From: Paragordius varius
Lineage: Eukaryota; Animalia; Nematomorpha
Length of the DNA stretch: 64,000 nucleotides
Direction: 5' to 3'
Assembly (NCBI GenBank): GCA_964247055.1
Contig: OZ176050.1
Coordinates: 7,998,001-8,062,000 of the forward strand
Below are positions 12,511 to 28,760 of the stretch, piece after piece (position 1 is the first letter of the stretch; each line of letters begins with the position of its first letter). The notes under the pieces were generated by a model, which made no database searches, had not been told where the DNA came from, and was given only the letters and a program-made list of their open reading frames with translations. Position numbers and translations under genes: made by a program.

Positions 12511-15500
12511 TTTTCGGAATAGTAATAAATTTGCCAAATATTAAGCATAAATAAACCACATGCCATAAGAAAAATTGGTTTGGCGGTAAGATCAATTTTT
12601 ATTCTTCAGAGGAAGAAACGAAAAAAAAGCTATAATAAATTATTATTATAATAATAAATTTAATATAATTCATATTTTATGGCTTCTTCCTCTTTTATTT
12701 ATATATTATCAATATTTATGTTATATTAATGAAATTAAATTAGACGGATGGACGGTAGGACGATATTAAGATTTTTTTCCACTTTTTTTTAAAAAAATTA
12801 TGCCGCCGCACTCACTTTTAAAATATTTTTATATTTTTTAAAAGTCAAAATTTTTTAAAATTCTAAACCAGTACCAACTTGGGACATGGTCTATGTTTGC
12901 AACTTGTTTCAAAACATACACTTAGATTACAATAAATATTAAATTTTATATTTTACAGTTTAAATCAATACTTAAGAATTTCGTAATCAAAATTTATTGT
13001 TATCTCAAATAAACTAGCTATGCGACTCTGGTTTTATTTTAAAAAATTATGATTCCATGTGCCTTTTTAATTAAAACATAATTATAGGATATTTTATAAA
13101 TCCTTCATTTATTAATATCCAAACCTATTTAAAATTTAGGGCATAACTTTAAATATAAGACAATTTAAGAATAGTACTCTAAAAAACCCCGATCAAGTTA
13201 CATGATTATTCCCATATCAATTTTGATCATTTTTTTGTTCATAATAAAAATTAATTTTACTTAATGTAATGATTAATTTTAAGTTATAGGATCTCTCAAA
13301 AGTCTTACAAAGTTGTATATTTTGTGGAAATGATAGAAAAGTTTTAATTGTTATATCTTTAGAGGACCGACCCCCTTATTTAAAATCCCAAAAGCGCATT
13401 TTGAGTGGTGGGATCATTAAAGAATTTAATAGATTAATAAAAAATTATTTACCAATTACATAATAAATAGTTTTATAATTTTTTTCCGTTTTCACACCTT
13501 TATATGAACTTTTCTACACGAGTGATACATAATTATATAATGCTATTCATTATTAACAAATATAAATTATTATATTTTTATTATGGTTATATATGGATGG
13601 ATTCAAAAGATTCCACAGAATTACATTTTATTAAAAAAAATCATGACATTAAAATTTCACAAAAAAGTGCGGAAAATTTTTACCTTTACCGATGATATAA
13701 TTATATTAATTTTTTTTGTCAAATTACATTAAATATAAAAACGTTTTGGTAATTTATTATTTATAAATCCAACATTTATTAACAAAACAAATTATCGTTT
13801 TTTGTAAAACTGAAAAGGTGTTAGTTATTATTATATAACATATTGTTGTTCTAAATACTAAATAATCATAAATTAATATTTTTATAGATTTAACAAAATT
13901 GCGACACACTTCCGGTAAACGACAAGCCGACAAAAATCAGTTGGATATTGATTTGACAACAAACTAACAAACAATATCTAGAAAAAAGTTTAATGTATAT
14001 AATCATAAAAATAATTACCTAATTCCTATTATTTTTCCGTTTGGCATAAATTATAAATAATGCTTTATAACATTATATACCTAATAAATCTATTTAAAAC
14101 TATAATATTTTAATGTTCAATGGATATTAATGTAGTCTGGACAATTTCTTAAACAGACAACTCATAAAGCCTAATAAAATAAAATAAAAATAATAAAATT
14201 GCATAATTTAGATTATTATATGTTTTACATCATATAAAAGAGACATTGCGTTACATATGTTGCAACCTGAACCATTTTATTTTTCTTATATTTATATCTT
14301 ATATAATAACTTTGGATTATGTATAAAGGTATTTTATTGGTTATAAGTATCTTTACCTTGGAAGTATTTAGACCAATATTCATATTTTGCTATAATGAAC
14401 CAATTTAAGGTCCCTTATAACCATTAATATTTCTGTCATATACTTTATATGTTTAGGGGTAAGGCAATTAAAAATGCATAAATCATTCAAATTGTATATA
14501 TATAATATAAAGATTTATGTGCATAAAATTATGTTTTTTACAAACACAATATTTTACCTGTCGTTTTTGTCCGTCATACGAGTCAATAGACATGGGTCGA
14601 CGAATTTATTATTTAAATACTAACAATGATAAAGTAAAATCTAAAACTCAAAACTTCAAATGACTCATGTATATAAATTAATTTTTATAATTCGAGATAA
14701 ATATAAATGGCCTATTGAGAAAAATTTATTATCATATAAAATATATATATTTTTAATGAGAAGCCATCATGTTATCAGGTAGAATGGAAGCAGGAATAAT
14801 AACTAAAAGTATAAAATGGTTCATTTTTTCAACTAATAAAAATTAAAGTTTTAATACATTTTATAAGTATTTGTATAAAGTGGGCTTAGAAATACTCTTT
14901 TATATTTTTGGAATTGCTAGAAACGAAAGATCGATTATTACACAAACCCAGTGTTGTAATTTCATTACAGAAAAATATTAATTGCAAAGACAAAACGTAA
15001 AACTTAAGGCTCAAATCTTTTGAAAATAGAACAATATATTTTGATCTTTGGTGTTTTTACATAATTTAAATGACAATGAGATAGATAATAAAACAAATTT
15101 CTTGATTTCCTCTTTCATTCCAAAACGATAGATAATTTGAAAAATAAAATTACAAGGAGCGCATTAAAATTGATCGTGGACTTAGGTTTAAGAATTACTG
15201 AATTTTTTATTTATAAATATATAATTTAAATCAAGCTCGCATACTCTTTGTTACTGTAATGTTTCTAAAATTACCGTTCAAATATTTACCAAATTTCAAT
15301 TATTAATAAAAAAAATGACAAAATGTTTTAATATTTAAGGGATTAAAAAATAGTATTGCACAAATCCGAATTTTTCTTCAAAAATTCAATCCATTACCGA
15401 TTAAATTCTTATCTATATATAAATTAAATACTGGTCCTATGATGCTATGGTCTATGTCCTAAAATACTCCGACATTTTAACCGGATGGGTTAGATGAAAA

Positions 15501-18500
15501 AATTATTAGGTAAAAATATCCTAAAGATAAGTGCTTGTTTATTCAATGTATTGTAGCTAGTATTATTCCATCCAAGAACAATACGCCCCTTAATTACTAT
15601 AAATCAAAACTATAAAATCTTAACAATGCAAATTCGCATCCGTTTATACAAAATAATTGTTAAAAAATATCCATGATTTATGGATATATACAGTAAATAT
15701 TATAAAAATTTGTTTAGTCACTAATAATATTCCTTCTTTCATACTGTTTCATATAGATAATGTTAAAAGATAGTTGTCTCCATATCAATTATTATGAAAT
15801 GTAACAAGTTACACATGTCCTTTATAACGGGCCATATATCATATATTAAGAAATTCATTTTTTGTCATTTAAACAAGAAACTTTTATAAATATTTATGTT
15901 AATTGGGATAATAATTTTTTTATAATAATTTATGAACACATATTTCGACAAAAATATTAATAAAACTTGATAATGATGTAAATGGTCGTGAAAAAACGGA
16001 AGTGTTTCCTAATTTTTGACATTATAATAGACTGAAATTATTTATATATAAGTTTGTTTCCTGGGGTCTTTTATTTATAAAATTAATTAAGTGATAAAAA
16101 TTATATATTATAATTTGACATATGTAACAACTTTGGCATCTAATATTTTATTTTAATTATCTGTTGATGTAAGAATATAAAATATTTAGGTTTGCCTAAA
16201 TTTGTTACGCTAGTATATTGTTATACGAGCTGATAAAAAGATTTAAAGATAAAAAATTTAGTAGATTAGCTTATAAAAACAAGCATTCTTAAATATTCAT
16301 GTTTTCGAAGAAATTTTTTAGTAAATCAAATATTTACATATTCGCGTTATTGGCCGATCTTGGTCAGTCACCATGAAGTCCCACTCTTGTATTTTAAGTT
16401 GTGTGATAATCAACCAATATCCTAAATATGCATTGATATTTGATTTATAATTTAATTTAAAAATAGTTTTCTTGTTTTGTATAATGGCTACAAATTATAT
16501 TAAACGATAAACCATGTCTAAGTATGGTAATGATTCCGAATATTGAATCGGTAGGTCTATAAATTTTAAATGGATACTCTTAATAAACCCTCTAATGAGC
16601 TTTCTAAACTAAACATATCTATAAACTAATTAGCCTGATCATCCTGCAATTTTTCTATATTGAATGATGTCTTATTTACTTTATAATCGTTTAAAGTTGA
16701 GAAAATTTTCTTAAAAACTTACTAGTGATGGTTTGGAGCCCTCATAATGAGTCATAAATAGAAAATTAAAAATACTTTTTATATATTTGCTGAATAATAT
16801 TATTGTCGAAAAATATTTGAAAAAGTAAAAATATTTGATTTCACTTTTTTAAAAAAGGATGCAGACATTATGCCATGTGTTTCTTCCTACGATTGGCTCA
16901 ATATGGAGGAGGGGGTTTACTGCATTGCAATTTTTTCCCCAAAGTTTATTGCATAAAAATATTTTGTCATTAGATTTATTAATGATTCCACTAGAGTTTC
17001 GCGAGTTTAGCGTTTATTCATATTAATGAATTACTTATTAATATATAGTATTTATCGTGAATTATGTGAATGCTAATATGAAATCTTCTGTCCACTTGTT
17101 TAAAATTGCTGTGTTTTACCGTTTTTTAAAAAAGGAAATACCAGGGATTGGAATCGAAACCGTTTTTGCAGAACCTCAACCAAAATTTTAAAAATAATGT
17201 GCCACAACAGATAGCAAAACTGGTCATCAATCTCAAAAATACTTTTTTTTGGCTAACATCCTCAAATATTTAATTAGCGCATGAGTGTTATTATAATTTA
17301 AATTTCTCCGAGACCTGTTTATAATTGTAATTTTATTTTTTTCCAAAATTTATAAAGAATATGGGTAAGTGGTGTTTACATAAAATATATTTATGAATAC
17401 ACAACTCGGAAACTAGTTTTAAGTAACAAGATACAATAAAGTTGATCTTATTACTAGCATTTTTTACCAGCCTATGCCATTTATATTCTCATTCAATCGT
17501 TTCAATGTAAAAATAGTTTTGAATGCTTGGCTATGTTATTTTTTATAAATCTATATTTGTAATTGAGGAAACGAAAAAGGGCTAAGCATTTTTACACCTT
17601 TGATGTATAATCTGGTAAATTTAAAGGAATACTAATATATCATAATATTCAAGCATTTAATAATATAATTTAAATTATAACCTTTTTGTTAACATATACA
17701 TTTTTAAAAGGTCCGGTAAAGTAAAAAATTGAAAGGTAACACCATATTCAATCAGGTTTAAGAAGAATTTGAAAATCCATTCTAAAAATTCCTTTAAGTA
17801 GTCAGTTTTAAGCCATTAACCAAGAATATTTCAAGCCTTAAAAATATGAATTACAGGAGAAAAAATTGACACAATCAATTGGAATCACTATCTCGTAAAA
17901 AATTTTTTTGCATACCACATCGATTCTTGCCACAAGTTATCTATTAGCCTATTTTAGAAAACTGAATTGTGTGTTGCTAGAATTACACACATTTTGTATT
18001 TAATATAAAATGTAGCAGTTCTATAACCTCAATGATATAGAATATAGTTATGGAAAGATAACAGATATCAAATTATTTTTAAGGGATAGCGGCGACAGAT
18101 TTCACCTGTATTTTTCATTTTCAATTTTAATCTGTTAATGGATTTTTTAACATATAAAAACAAATATAGATTTGTAACATTTTACAGCAAAACAATATTG
18201 GAAGATTGTCCAAATTTTAAAGGCAAAATATTTTACCTAAAATAATTGGTTTTAATTCCAATTTCTCTCAACATATAGAAAGAGTATATCATTCAACCCA
18301 AACTCAATTAAACTTTAAATAAGCCCTATTAAACACAAGATATGTATATTTAACCAATTTGCTATGATACTTTGCATTTAAAAAAATAGTCAACAAAGAG
18401 ATTTTTTTGAAGGTAAAATGCCGCTTGCCGCTTTTTGAGATTAATTTTGTTTTAAATGAATGATCAAATTATATGTAATGTATATGTATATTAGTTAATC

Positions 18501-21079
18501 CCGTCCATTAAGTATTAATCTTTAGAGAGGCCAATTTTTGGTGTTTTTACTACAGACCAAAAGCTATTAAATTGTGTTTGAAATAGGGCCATTTTCAAAT
18601 CCTGTTCCGTATGAAAATAATATTAATCAACATTAAATAAAAAAATCTCATCTGAAAAATTGGTTTATTTATGATAAAAAATTATTTTTCTCGTTTATTA
18701 TTATTATTATTATAAAAAACTATGGAAACTTAAATATTCTAATATACCATTAACTATTAAAATATTTTTTTGTAGACGTTGTGATAATTGGTCAATCGGA
18801 TCCTATAGGTACATTTTATAGTATCTGGTTCGTACTAATAAAGTATATGCATAAACAATTTGACAATTTAATAATGTCCCGCTCAGAGGGGGCTATTATA
18901 ACATGACATTCCCCATATTCAATTGTTTAGAAATGATAAAATATAAAAACTGAAATTAATTTTGGTGTTCTTATACTAAATTCTTACCGAATCAAGTGTG
19001 GGGTTCTCTTGTCTTTAATAAATCTGTTGACTGATGCCGGAAGGGAACTTTTTTTTAAAAAAAAATACAGTTTTAATAAAAGACAAAAGTCTTTAATTTT
19101 ATTAAGTACTCATGAAAATATTTGCCTGCCTAGGGCTCTGATCATAATGGGAAAATTGTTCAGTTTTAGGATTAGAACTGTGGCACACTCAGACATATAG
19201 CGTACGCCGGCGCCTTAAATACTCTACTATTTATAAATATTCATGATGGTCGCCCATATTAAATCAAGAAGAAAATAGTTTCTAAATTATGGTAAAAGAA
19301 AGATTTTAATTTAATCATTTTTTTTAATTTTTACAATAACATACAATTATATACACACTAAAAACGAAGATAATTATTTTATTTTAATCTTTACCATGAT
19401 AAAATATCAAATTTCGTCGTTTTATTTTATTACATGCTAATATTATTTTATTAACATAACGCGACCAAAAAGGAAAAACTCATAAATTTGATAAAGTTTT
19501 ATAATAATATGGATTTGAAATACTATATATATATATATATCGAAATATTAATCGTAATAGGATATAGTATATATATGTTTATATTGCGAACGGACATTAA
19601 AATATTAAAAATAAAATTAATAGTTTTGCAATATCATACAAAAAACATTGGCGCGCGGTACAAATATTTAACAAGACAAAAACAATATTATAGCGAGCGA
19701 TAGATATTCTTACTGATTTTAACGTCGTAATATATATATATTAAAAAAGATTTATCTAAAAAAATCTAATATATATTCGTCTAATCTAATGTAATTTTGC
19801 GTATATATATATAAATACATTCCCAACCACCATAATTTCCCTTTGTCGGCAAAATTATATTTTTTATTTATTTTTATATTTTAGATTTATGGTTTATGCG
19901 AGGATATGTAGATTATTTAATGATATTGGTTTTGTCAAATATGCACTTTTGATGAAAAAGAAATTATCTCTGCCATGCCATTGTTATCCAATTTTTTATA
20001 TGACACAATTGAGTCATGGCCATGTCATTTTTGGGGCAATTAAATAAAATATCTCTCTAAGTTTCTGCCTAAAAATGGTTAAAATATTTCCTTAGCTCTA
20101 TTATTGTATGAAAATCCACTCAGTGACTATATAAAATTTATAATTTAGTAGTTAATTGAGGATAAAGCCCAATTCTGGGCTCAATCATAGCAATCGTAAG
20201 AATATGAAAATGAACGATACCAATGCTACTATACTTATAATTTTAATCAGTATCAGTATTTAGGGTTATTAAACACATTTTAACATATAGGCGGAATAGT
20301 AGGTCAAACTGTTGAAATAGGTGTTTTGAAAACTAATTTAATTCCATTCAGTTAATGAAGCCACTAAAATTTTATTTGAACCCACTGATATATATCCAGA
20401 TAAGCATCTTTAAATATCGCCATTTTAGCAAAGCTGAGGTTTTTTATTGTTAGAGGGATTCGATTTCCTAAATAAATTTAACAATGTAATCTCACCGACC
20501 AATTAATATTACTTTTAATATTCAACCATTTCAACCAACCAACCACTTATATCCATTAAATATTTCATAACAATTATGTTTTGAATTTTTATTATTCATG
20601 CCTTAACATATTAAAATATATTTTTTTATAAATGTATAAAAATTTCATAAAAACCAATCCGAAATTTGTTAAATAATTTATTTTTTGAAAAAAAGTAGCA
20701 AGTCATTGGTCCAACTACTAATGACCTATTTTAATATTTACATATATCCATTATGCACCATTATTTTAAATGGAAACAACACAAAAATTGATCCTTTTAA
20801 ATTTAATGCAATTAAATTAATTTATTAATGGATGATTTCCATCTATAATTTGATTTTTATTGTAACTAAAAAATGGATGTAATATTTAAATGTAAAAAAA
20901 TATTTAATTTATCAAATCCAAAATTTTAATGTGGAAGGATAATGCTATTAGCAAATAAATTGAAAAAATCAGCATTAAAATTAAAATTGTTAATAAAGAG
21001 CAATATGCCAAAGAATTCAGTCTATAATAATAATAATATCCGATTAAAATTTACAAAAAGGCAAATATTGTTTCATGCA

Positions 21080-21310
21080 AGCTAAAAGCTTCATTCCAAA
21101 AAAAATTTAATAAAATATATTAATATGTATAAAACGCAAAATATGGAAAGAGCTCCAACATTTTTGGATTCGGCTAAAATGGAACGATATAAAATTATAT
21201 ATGCTCTATGATATCACGATATATATAATTTTCACTAAAGTGCATTATTTGCTTTAATATTTGAATTTTGGCAAAGTTTGTTTAAGCGAGGTATTTTGAA
21301 TCATGACAGT
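21080..21310 (+). repeat. Diverged dispersed repeat, family D copy 1 (approximate bounds)
   Basis: Shares GCTTCATTCCAAAA...AATAAAATATAT and TGCAT...TTTGAATTTTGGCAAA blocks, in the same order, with 27530..27930. Confidence 0.55.
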
Positions 21311-21969
21311 ATAATTTTTTTATATTTGAATCTTACCATCACTTTCGTCGATTTAAGGATTGATTTGCCACAATTTTAGTTGTAAATTGTTGATGTTTTC
21401 AAAATCTATTATTTGAAGGTGAAATCATCATTTTTTTAAAAAGTATTATTATACTTTTTCCATGCTTTAAAATAGAAGTTAAGCTCTTACAAAATTTTAA
21501 TAAAACATAAATTTTAAAGCAAAGTATGCATTTCGGGTGTGTTATGGCTCAGGCACCATAATTTTTTTAAAATATACAAGTGAATGCTTGATAACAGGGT
21601 GCCTTCTAGGACTCATGTGCAGCTCGATGTAAATTTTGCTACACCCTTTGATAAAGCATATATTTTTATCGCTTAATATCGGCATTTTAGTTTAGTTATT
21701 TTAAGACAATAAATCCGGTTTAACAATTTAAGACTTTCGGAGCTCACAACCAAATGAATATGTTGGTTGAAGACTTTGACTTTTACCACAAAAATTTTAT
21801 TTGATTAATGTGAGTAATTTTGTGATTTCTCTAAACAGAACTATTGCCGGACCAGGGACCTCTTTTGACCCAAGCCCAAAATCAAAAGCACTATTAGAAT
21901 AAATGATATATTTTTCTATCAGAATACGCTTATTTTTTGAATATATTATGACCATATATATATATATAT

Positions 21970-23120
21970 ATATGACCATTTTCAAAATAAATAGCGAATT
22001 TAAAAGTTGTAACAAATGAAGTAATTAAATGATAAGTAAAATCAGTTCAAATTTTTATGAATAAGGATAATTGGATAATTCAAAAAATAATGATGAAAGT
22101 TGGGATTTTATGGTTTATTATCATTTTAGGATATTTTGAATACATAAATAGCCTAAAATCATATAGTTGGGGTTTCTTTAAAATCTGAGTGTTAAAGATG
22201 GCGTTTTTCTATTTACACACTTATAAGGCAAAAAAAATTTATGAAATTATATTGAAATAAATTTTTATAATTATTTAACCCACTATTAAAATCTTAACAT
22301 TCATAATTTTTTCACTAAAAAACTTACATATCAAAATAAAACCAAAAAATATTGTTTTTAATTTTTTCAATTTTTTCTCGGTTTATGACGGTATAAAAAA
22401 AATTTTATTTCAGAATTTCACATGAGCGAGGATTATAAAGTATAAAAATTTATAAAAAATGAAACTTACAAATAGTAGAAAATCAACCAAAAATCCGTAC
22501 ATATAGCTGTAAAAATATTTGTTTCTGTTAAAACAAACTTGTTCCAGGGATTTTAAGGATTTTTGGAGGATATCCACTATTTTAAAATTGTATTTTGCAT
22601 AATTATATACTTTATAACTTCCACCATGTATTCCAAAATAAAACCATATAAATTTTTTATACACTCATAAACCAGATGACAAAAAAATCAATAATTTTTA
22701 GTTTTATTTCGATAAATAAGTTTTTTACTGAATAAAATGAATGTTAAGATTTTAATAGTGAGTTTAGCTTGTAAATAATTTAAAAAAATTATTTTAATAT
22801 AGTTTAAAATTTTTAGCTTTTAAGTGAATTAAAAGAAAAATGCCATTTTTTGAACTGAGAATTTATAGAAACCCTAACTATATGATTTTAGGCTATTTAT
22901 ATATTGAAAATATACCCTAAAATGATAATCAACCATAATAACTTTTATCATCATTTTTTGAATTATCCTTATTTTCACTTTTTGCCCGATTTCGATTTTC
23001 TCTCAACATTTCGAATACTAGGTTGTCAACAAATAATAATTGTTGCGGCAAATGAATTCGCTGGTCATAAGCTATCTCATGAAAAAAAATTTTGTTAAAA
23101 AAATTTTTTTGCACACAGTG
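21970..23120. mobile_element. Degenerate foldback (long palindromic) element, copy 1; left end eroded
   Basis: 22060..22176 is inverted against 22868..22975, and 22230..22410 against 22640..22800. Right end TTTTGCACACAGTG matches the terminus of the 33927..34824 copy, and the central region is also homologous. Confidence 0.75.
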
Positions 23121-25928
23121 ATGCTGAAATATGAATGTAAACACACAAACTAAATTATATTTAAAAATCACTTTATTTGTATTTAATGGTATTGAATGAA
23201 AGCGATTTAGATTTTGTTTGATGGCTAGCGTTATGGCTTATAATATTTTTTTCTCATATTTGTTAGTAAAAACATTATGTAGAAACTTAAAATTTATTTA
23301 CAGCTATAAAAAACCTTGATTAACTGATTTTTCCAAAAAAATGAACGCCTCAAGATATGTTTGATTTAAATTTTATCCATGGACACTTTAAACAAAGATA
23401 GGTTAAAAGGTATTTTTACTATCTTTTTTTAAAGATGGTCTGAGGTAATCGGGTGCCTAGTAAGGGGTAGAGGGCGTGTACATCAGGGCGTTACAAATTA
23501 AGAGGCACCAAATTAAGAAATTTTCAGGTTTATGCTTGTTTTGGCCACAGCAAAAAAAGAAAGTGCTATCTATTTGTCGGGCGCACAAAAACTTCCTAAG
23601 CCATTGGGGATAGCAAACAACAACCACTATTTGATGATTAACCGTTTGTGACTTTTGAAAAAATAAGTTTACTCACTTAATTCATATCAACACAATGGTT
23701 AGTTTTCTAATGCATAGGCGGGCACAGGATTCAGTACCTTTAATATTTTACGCCTGTCGCCGCCAAAGTATTATATTTGTTATATTTATTCGCCATAAAT
23801 CATTAGAAAAAGGTTTTTGCAGCTATTATTTAATTTAATTATCTTATTTTTGGAAACATTTAAGTTAGGTGAAGCCTTAATAATTGATTTTGTTTGGTAA
23901 TTTAATTATTTTATAGCTATTAATTTTTGATTATTTTTTCCGGACTTTTAGCAGCTAAAATGTTTTTTTACATGTGAATAAGGCGACGGTAGTTTTCATT
24001 AAAGATATATATATATATATATAACTTTTAACGCTCTCTTATCTCTCTTGATATATATTAATTATAAGGCACCATTATAAGGCATTTTAAATCATTTCCA
24101 AAATCGAAAAAAGCTCAGTTAATTAATTAAAACACAATTATATTCGCATGATTAAATATTTAATAGAATTATAATAAAAATCAATGCAACTATGTTACAC
24201 CAAATTAAACACTCTGTTATGATAAAAGTCATTAAATTTAAACCTTAATTTCACCAAGAAAAAAAATGAAAACGCACTTCAAAGTACAACTGTTGCCAAA
24301 TTTAAAAATCACCAAAATAAATTAAAGTTTAGCTCATAACAATACTATAGTAAAAAGTTTACAAAGTTCGAATATTAATTAGATTAAGCTTAATAAATGT
24401 TAGCAAGAACTTTTTTCCACAAGTATGGCAAAGATTTTAGCTTTAATACCGCGCGTGGTAATCCCAATGAAAATGTATAATTTTTGGAGTAAAATCTAGC
24501 TTATTTCATAAATAAAAGTTGCAGTAGTAGACAGAATTGTATAAATAATATATTTATTATTAAATATATAATTATAAATCTGTGAGCTTATACTTGCAGA
24601 AAACTGTCAAAAAATACGGAAAGGACAGAAATATATATTAATAATTAAATTATGACTCTCTTTCTCTCTTTTGGTTAGGTGAAGAAAGATAATTACTTTT
24701 TCGCACGTTTTGCCTTTAACTTAGAATAATGCGCGGTTGATGTTAATAATAAAAAAACTTTTTTTACAAGTATCTAATGGAGAATGCGAACGAAGCAAAC
24801 ATATATATTGTATAATTAATTCGATTTTATTTTTTTACTACAATACTTACGTATTAAATATAATAATGGGATCACGAGATTTCATAATATTCCTTTCATA
24901 TATGAGCAATTAAATGACTTTTCATATACCATATAATTTGGAAAAGAGGGCCGCGTTTTCAAATAAGCTTTTTATATGTGCTAGTCATTGTAATTGACAC
25001 AATGTCACGAATGTTGAATGGCATATCTTTTGAGAGTTAAACAATTTAGCAGAAAGACAACACATATATTTTGTATAAAAATCCTCAATGCTTCAACGCT
25101 TCTAATAACTATCAAAAAAGAAATGTAACAGATGAGTTTAAATTCAATTTAAGTTTAGGGTCTACTTTCTAGTTTATAATCTTAAGTTTGGGTTATTTAC
25201 TATTTGGCAAATATATGTTATTACTTAAAACATATCTGTTAGGAGTTAAAAACAAACACACATACTTATAAATTTTGGGTAGTTAATTTTTTATATTCCT
25301 CCCTCCGATTACCATCAATCACTACGCTAATAATCACATTTTATAGAAATTTTTAATGATGTATCTATTTTGTTATGGTTAACAAAATCGCCTGTATATG
25401 ACAAAATGTTTGTATTATCGATCACATGCTCATAGAGAATTTTTTTCATTTTTTTAATAAAATAAAAAAGCTGGACAAGATTTTAACATAAATAATAACA
25501 TATTTAATTGTATATATGATTTTAAAATAATATGATGCACTATCAGCAAAATTAATAGTAAATTTATTAATAAATTTCGTTAGATTCCTCTAACTTCTTC
25601 AGATCAACATCAAATTAAGATACAAATTGAAACATATGATATCTGCTTATAATTGCATTCATATGCAGTTAGATCGGTTAGCATTTGTTGGTGGGTCAAA
25701 AACTAAAACACAAAACCAGTTAAGTATATAAAAGGTACCTAATTAATGACCAAATATCTCCATAAAATCCTATTTTAAATAGAAGGAGCGGATCGGGAAT
25801 AATCTGTATAATACATAAAATAATGTAATTATCTCATTGAGAATAATTAAAACCATTTGTAACTTTTAAACCTTAGTTTATAAATTAATTAATATTCTTT
25901 CAAGTTCAAATGTGTAATTGGATAAGCT

Positions 25929-25931
<3 letters not shown>

Positions 25932-25974
<43 letters not shown>
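25932..25974. repeat. (AT)n microsatellite
   Basis: AT run seen directly. Confidence 0.95.
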
Positions 25975-25975
<1 letters not shown>

Positions 25976-27529
25976 CATTTACGGATAAAAAACGGAGAGT
26001 TAATTTTAAAACATTTATTATTTATTTCGAATTTAGCTCACTTCTAATCAAAACGAATTAATCCTCTTTTAACTGCTTATATAAATCCCACACGGTCATA
26101 ACCGTTATTTAAATAGCCCAAATATATGTTTTGGTTGTAATTTAACCTAGTGCAAAAAAATATTTAATAAAATTCATATTTCCACACGACATAATATTTA
26201 TATTTTATTTTATATTTTCTTTCTATGGCTTAACGTGTAAACATGTGCTTAATATTTTTCAACTGGTCATTTTTGAAAGCGTTTGCAATCACGGGCTTGG
26301 ATTAAATCAATTAGACCCATACCTAATAGCCTTGATATATATTTAGATTTTAGATATTTTTGAGTTTTTTTAATACAGTTGTAATAATGATACAAATATC
26401 TAAAAAGCTAAAAAAAAATCAACTCTCCTATTTGCATAAATATTCCGAAAACTTTTATCTAATTCTGCTAAAAATTCTATGCCTAAACTAATTTAAAAGT
26501 TTAATTTATTTTATACACTTTGATATAGCGGCATTAATATATAAACATTAATGGTAATAATTATTCAAGCACACCAAAATGCGTATATTTTATTTATAAT
26601 ATTATAAAACTCTTTGACCTTTTCTTTGTCGGCGCAGCATGCAAATATAATTATTTTTAATGGGAAATTTATTGCTATAAATATTAAAAAGTAACCAACA
26701 ACCAACCTTTTAAATAGTTTCTAATAACCTATTTATTTTTTTATTTTTTATCGTTTTAGCGTCTAAAACTTTTCCCAAATAGCGAGCGTACTTAAATAAA
26801 TAATTTTACTTTTTTATGTATAAGCAAATTCTCCACACTCATTCATGAAAGTGCAGAAACCTTTCAAAAGTGACATACATTTGTTGGGGGCATTTTTAGT
26901 TTGGGTTGATATAATTTTAATGTATTATTAAATATTTAATTTTTTTGTCTTCTGCAAACTATTAATGCGGTAGAAAGTTAATATTTATACGGTTCATATT
27001 GTTTTTTATTGGCTTCAGAACATAAGTATTATATTAACTTCTATTTATATTGCAATATATTTTGCCTAGTTGACCTACCTTAAATCCAAATAGAGGAAAG
27101 ATTCCAAAATTATAGATTGCATTTTTTGTTATTATGAGCAACCTCAAATCCTCAAAAAGAATTATAAAATAACTTAAATCCTTTTAGATATTTTAGTAAG
27201 TTTAGGTATCATATTATTTGAACAAGTTTAAGTCAATTTATTATTTAACATGCGTGCAATGAACTTTACACTTTTAGTTTCGTTAAAACATAATCGTATT
27301 CAGATACTTATATTTATAAAAATAAGGATAGAAATTGTATTTTAAATTGATCATTTTAGAATCTTTACAGGTACTATTGAAAATCCTATATTTTATTACA
27401 AAATGGCATGATAAAAAATCATGTGGAAATGTATATTTGCGGATAGAAAAACGTATCAGAATTATATATGCTTTTGGCTTTGTAGGAATGATTTTGAAAT
27501 GTTTTCCTTGTGATATTCCCTCCAAAAGA

Positions 27530-27930
27530 AAAAATCGCAAAATTTGCGCACATGATACTAAATAAAATTTTTTGGTTGAATAGCTTCATTCCAAAATACT
27601 AATAAAATATATATTATAAACTATATTTGAAAAGCAAAACAATATTTATAATAATAATTTTAGATATAGATTCTTGGAGTTAAAAATTTTCGGACTTTTC
27701 GAAAATGGGATAAATTTCTTAAAATAGATGGAAAAAGGCTGGAATTGCGTGATACTAATTTTAAATATATGCTACATTATTACATAAAAGGGTAAATTTA
27801 AAAAAATGCATAATTGGCTTTTTGAATTTTGGCAAAATTTATTGCTACAACATGATACCATGATGCATGGTGGAAACGATAACAGCTTTAAGATATTTTT
27901 TTACATATTTCGAGGATGCTTAACATTTTT
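27530..27930 (+). repeat. Diverged dispersed repeat, family D copy 2 (approximate bounds)
   Basis: GCAAAATTTGCGCACAT, GCTTCATTC, CATGAT..GCTTT.AGATA and TACATA..T.GA.GATGCT.AAC blocks are colinear with 29800..30120. Confidence 0.6.
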
Positions 27931-28707
27931 ATTACAACAGATTTTTAATTTAAAGCAATGACTTCCAATATAAATGGTTTCGTGGGCCGCATTGGGCTAT
28001 GATTTTATTTAAATAGTCTAGATTTGCTTTATTAGTTATAAAATCTATCCACCGATTGTAAATAAATGATTTATAATGACTAGTTGGTCCTGTCACCCTT
28101 TGCGATGGCGTACCGATAATTATTTTTATAAAATTTTTGCAATAAAAAAAGGAAATAGAGATAAAATTAATAAAACCTAACCGTGTTTCGCTGAAAAGAA
28201 TGTCTTTACTTATCTTTTAAGGGGTTTTGCATGCCATCATGCATATGTAAATTAGACAAAATTGGCAATGTAAAGTCTTTTATTAAAATTACTATTCAAA
28301 TATCATTGGTTTAAGATTTTCGTTTATTGGTCAACTGTTATGATTGGCACACATAAACTGGGACTGGGTTCAAAAATTATAAAAAAGATAAATCATTTAT
28401 GATTCCATTTGTAAAGGAAAGTATGATGATATTACTATACCAACGCCAGACACTCACAGGCGTATTATAAAAATCATAATCAATGAAATCGTTATATCTG
28501 TGTTGTAATATTATTTTTCCACATTGGGTACAAATCTTATTTTTTTGCACCTGAGATCCTCATCTAAATTTATTTATAGTGTTATTGATCAATTGAACCA
28601 AGGCTGATAATTTAATTAATATTATATTAAATTAACTGATTATCAAATAATAGTAAACATTAAGTTTATTAACCCAAATTTAAAATCGCTTCTCCGTGTT
28701 TTTGCCA

Positions 28708-28760
28708 CTAGATTTTTCTGCGCCTCCTTGGGAGGCGTTGCCTACTTTTGGGAACCACTA
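28708..28760 (-). mobile_element. Isolated transposon terminus: hAT-like TIR and/or Helitron-like 3' end
   Basis: Minus strand reads TAGTGGTTCCCAA (hAT-Charlie-like TIR, flank ATCTAAGC), then hairpin CGCCTCC-caa-GGAGGCG, 9 nt, and CTAG|T (canonical Helitron 3' layout). No partner end found. Confidence 0.45.
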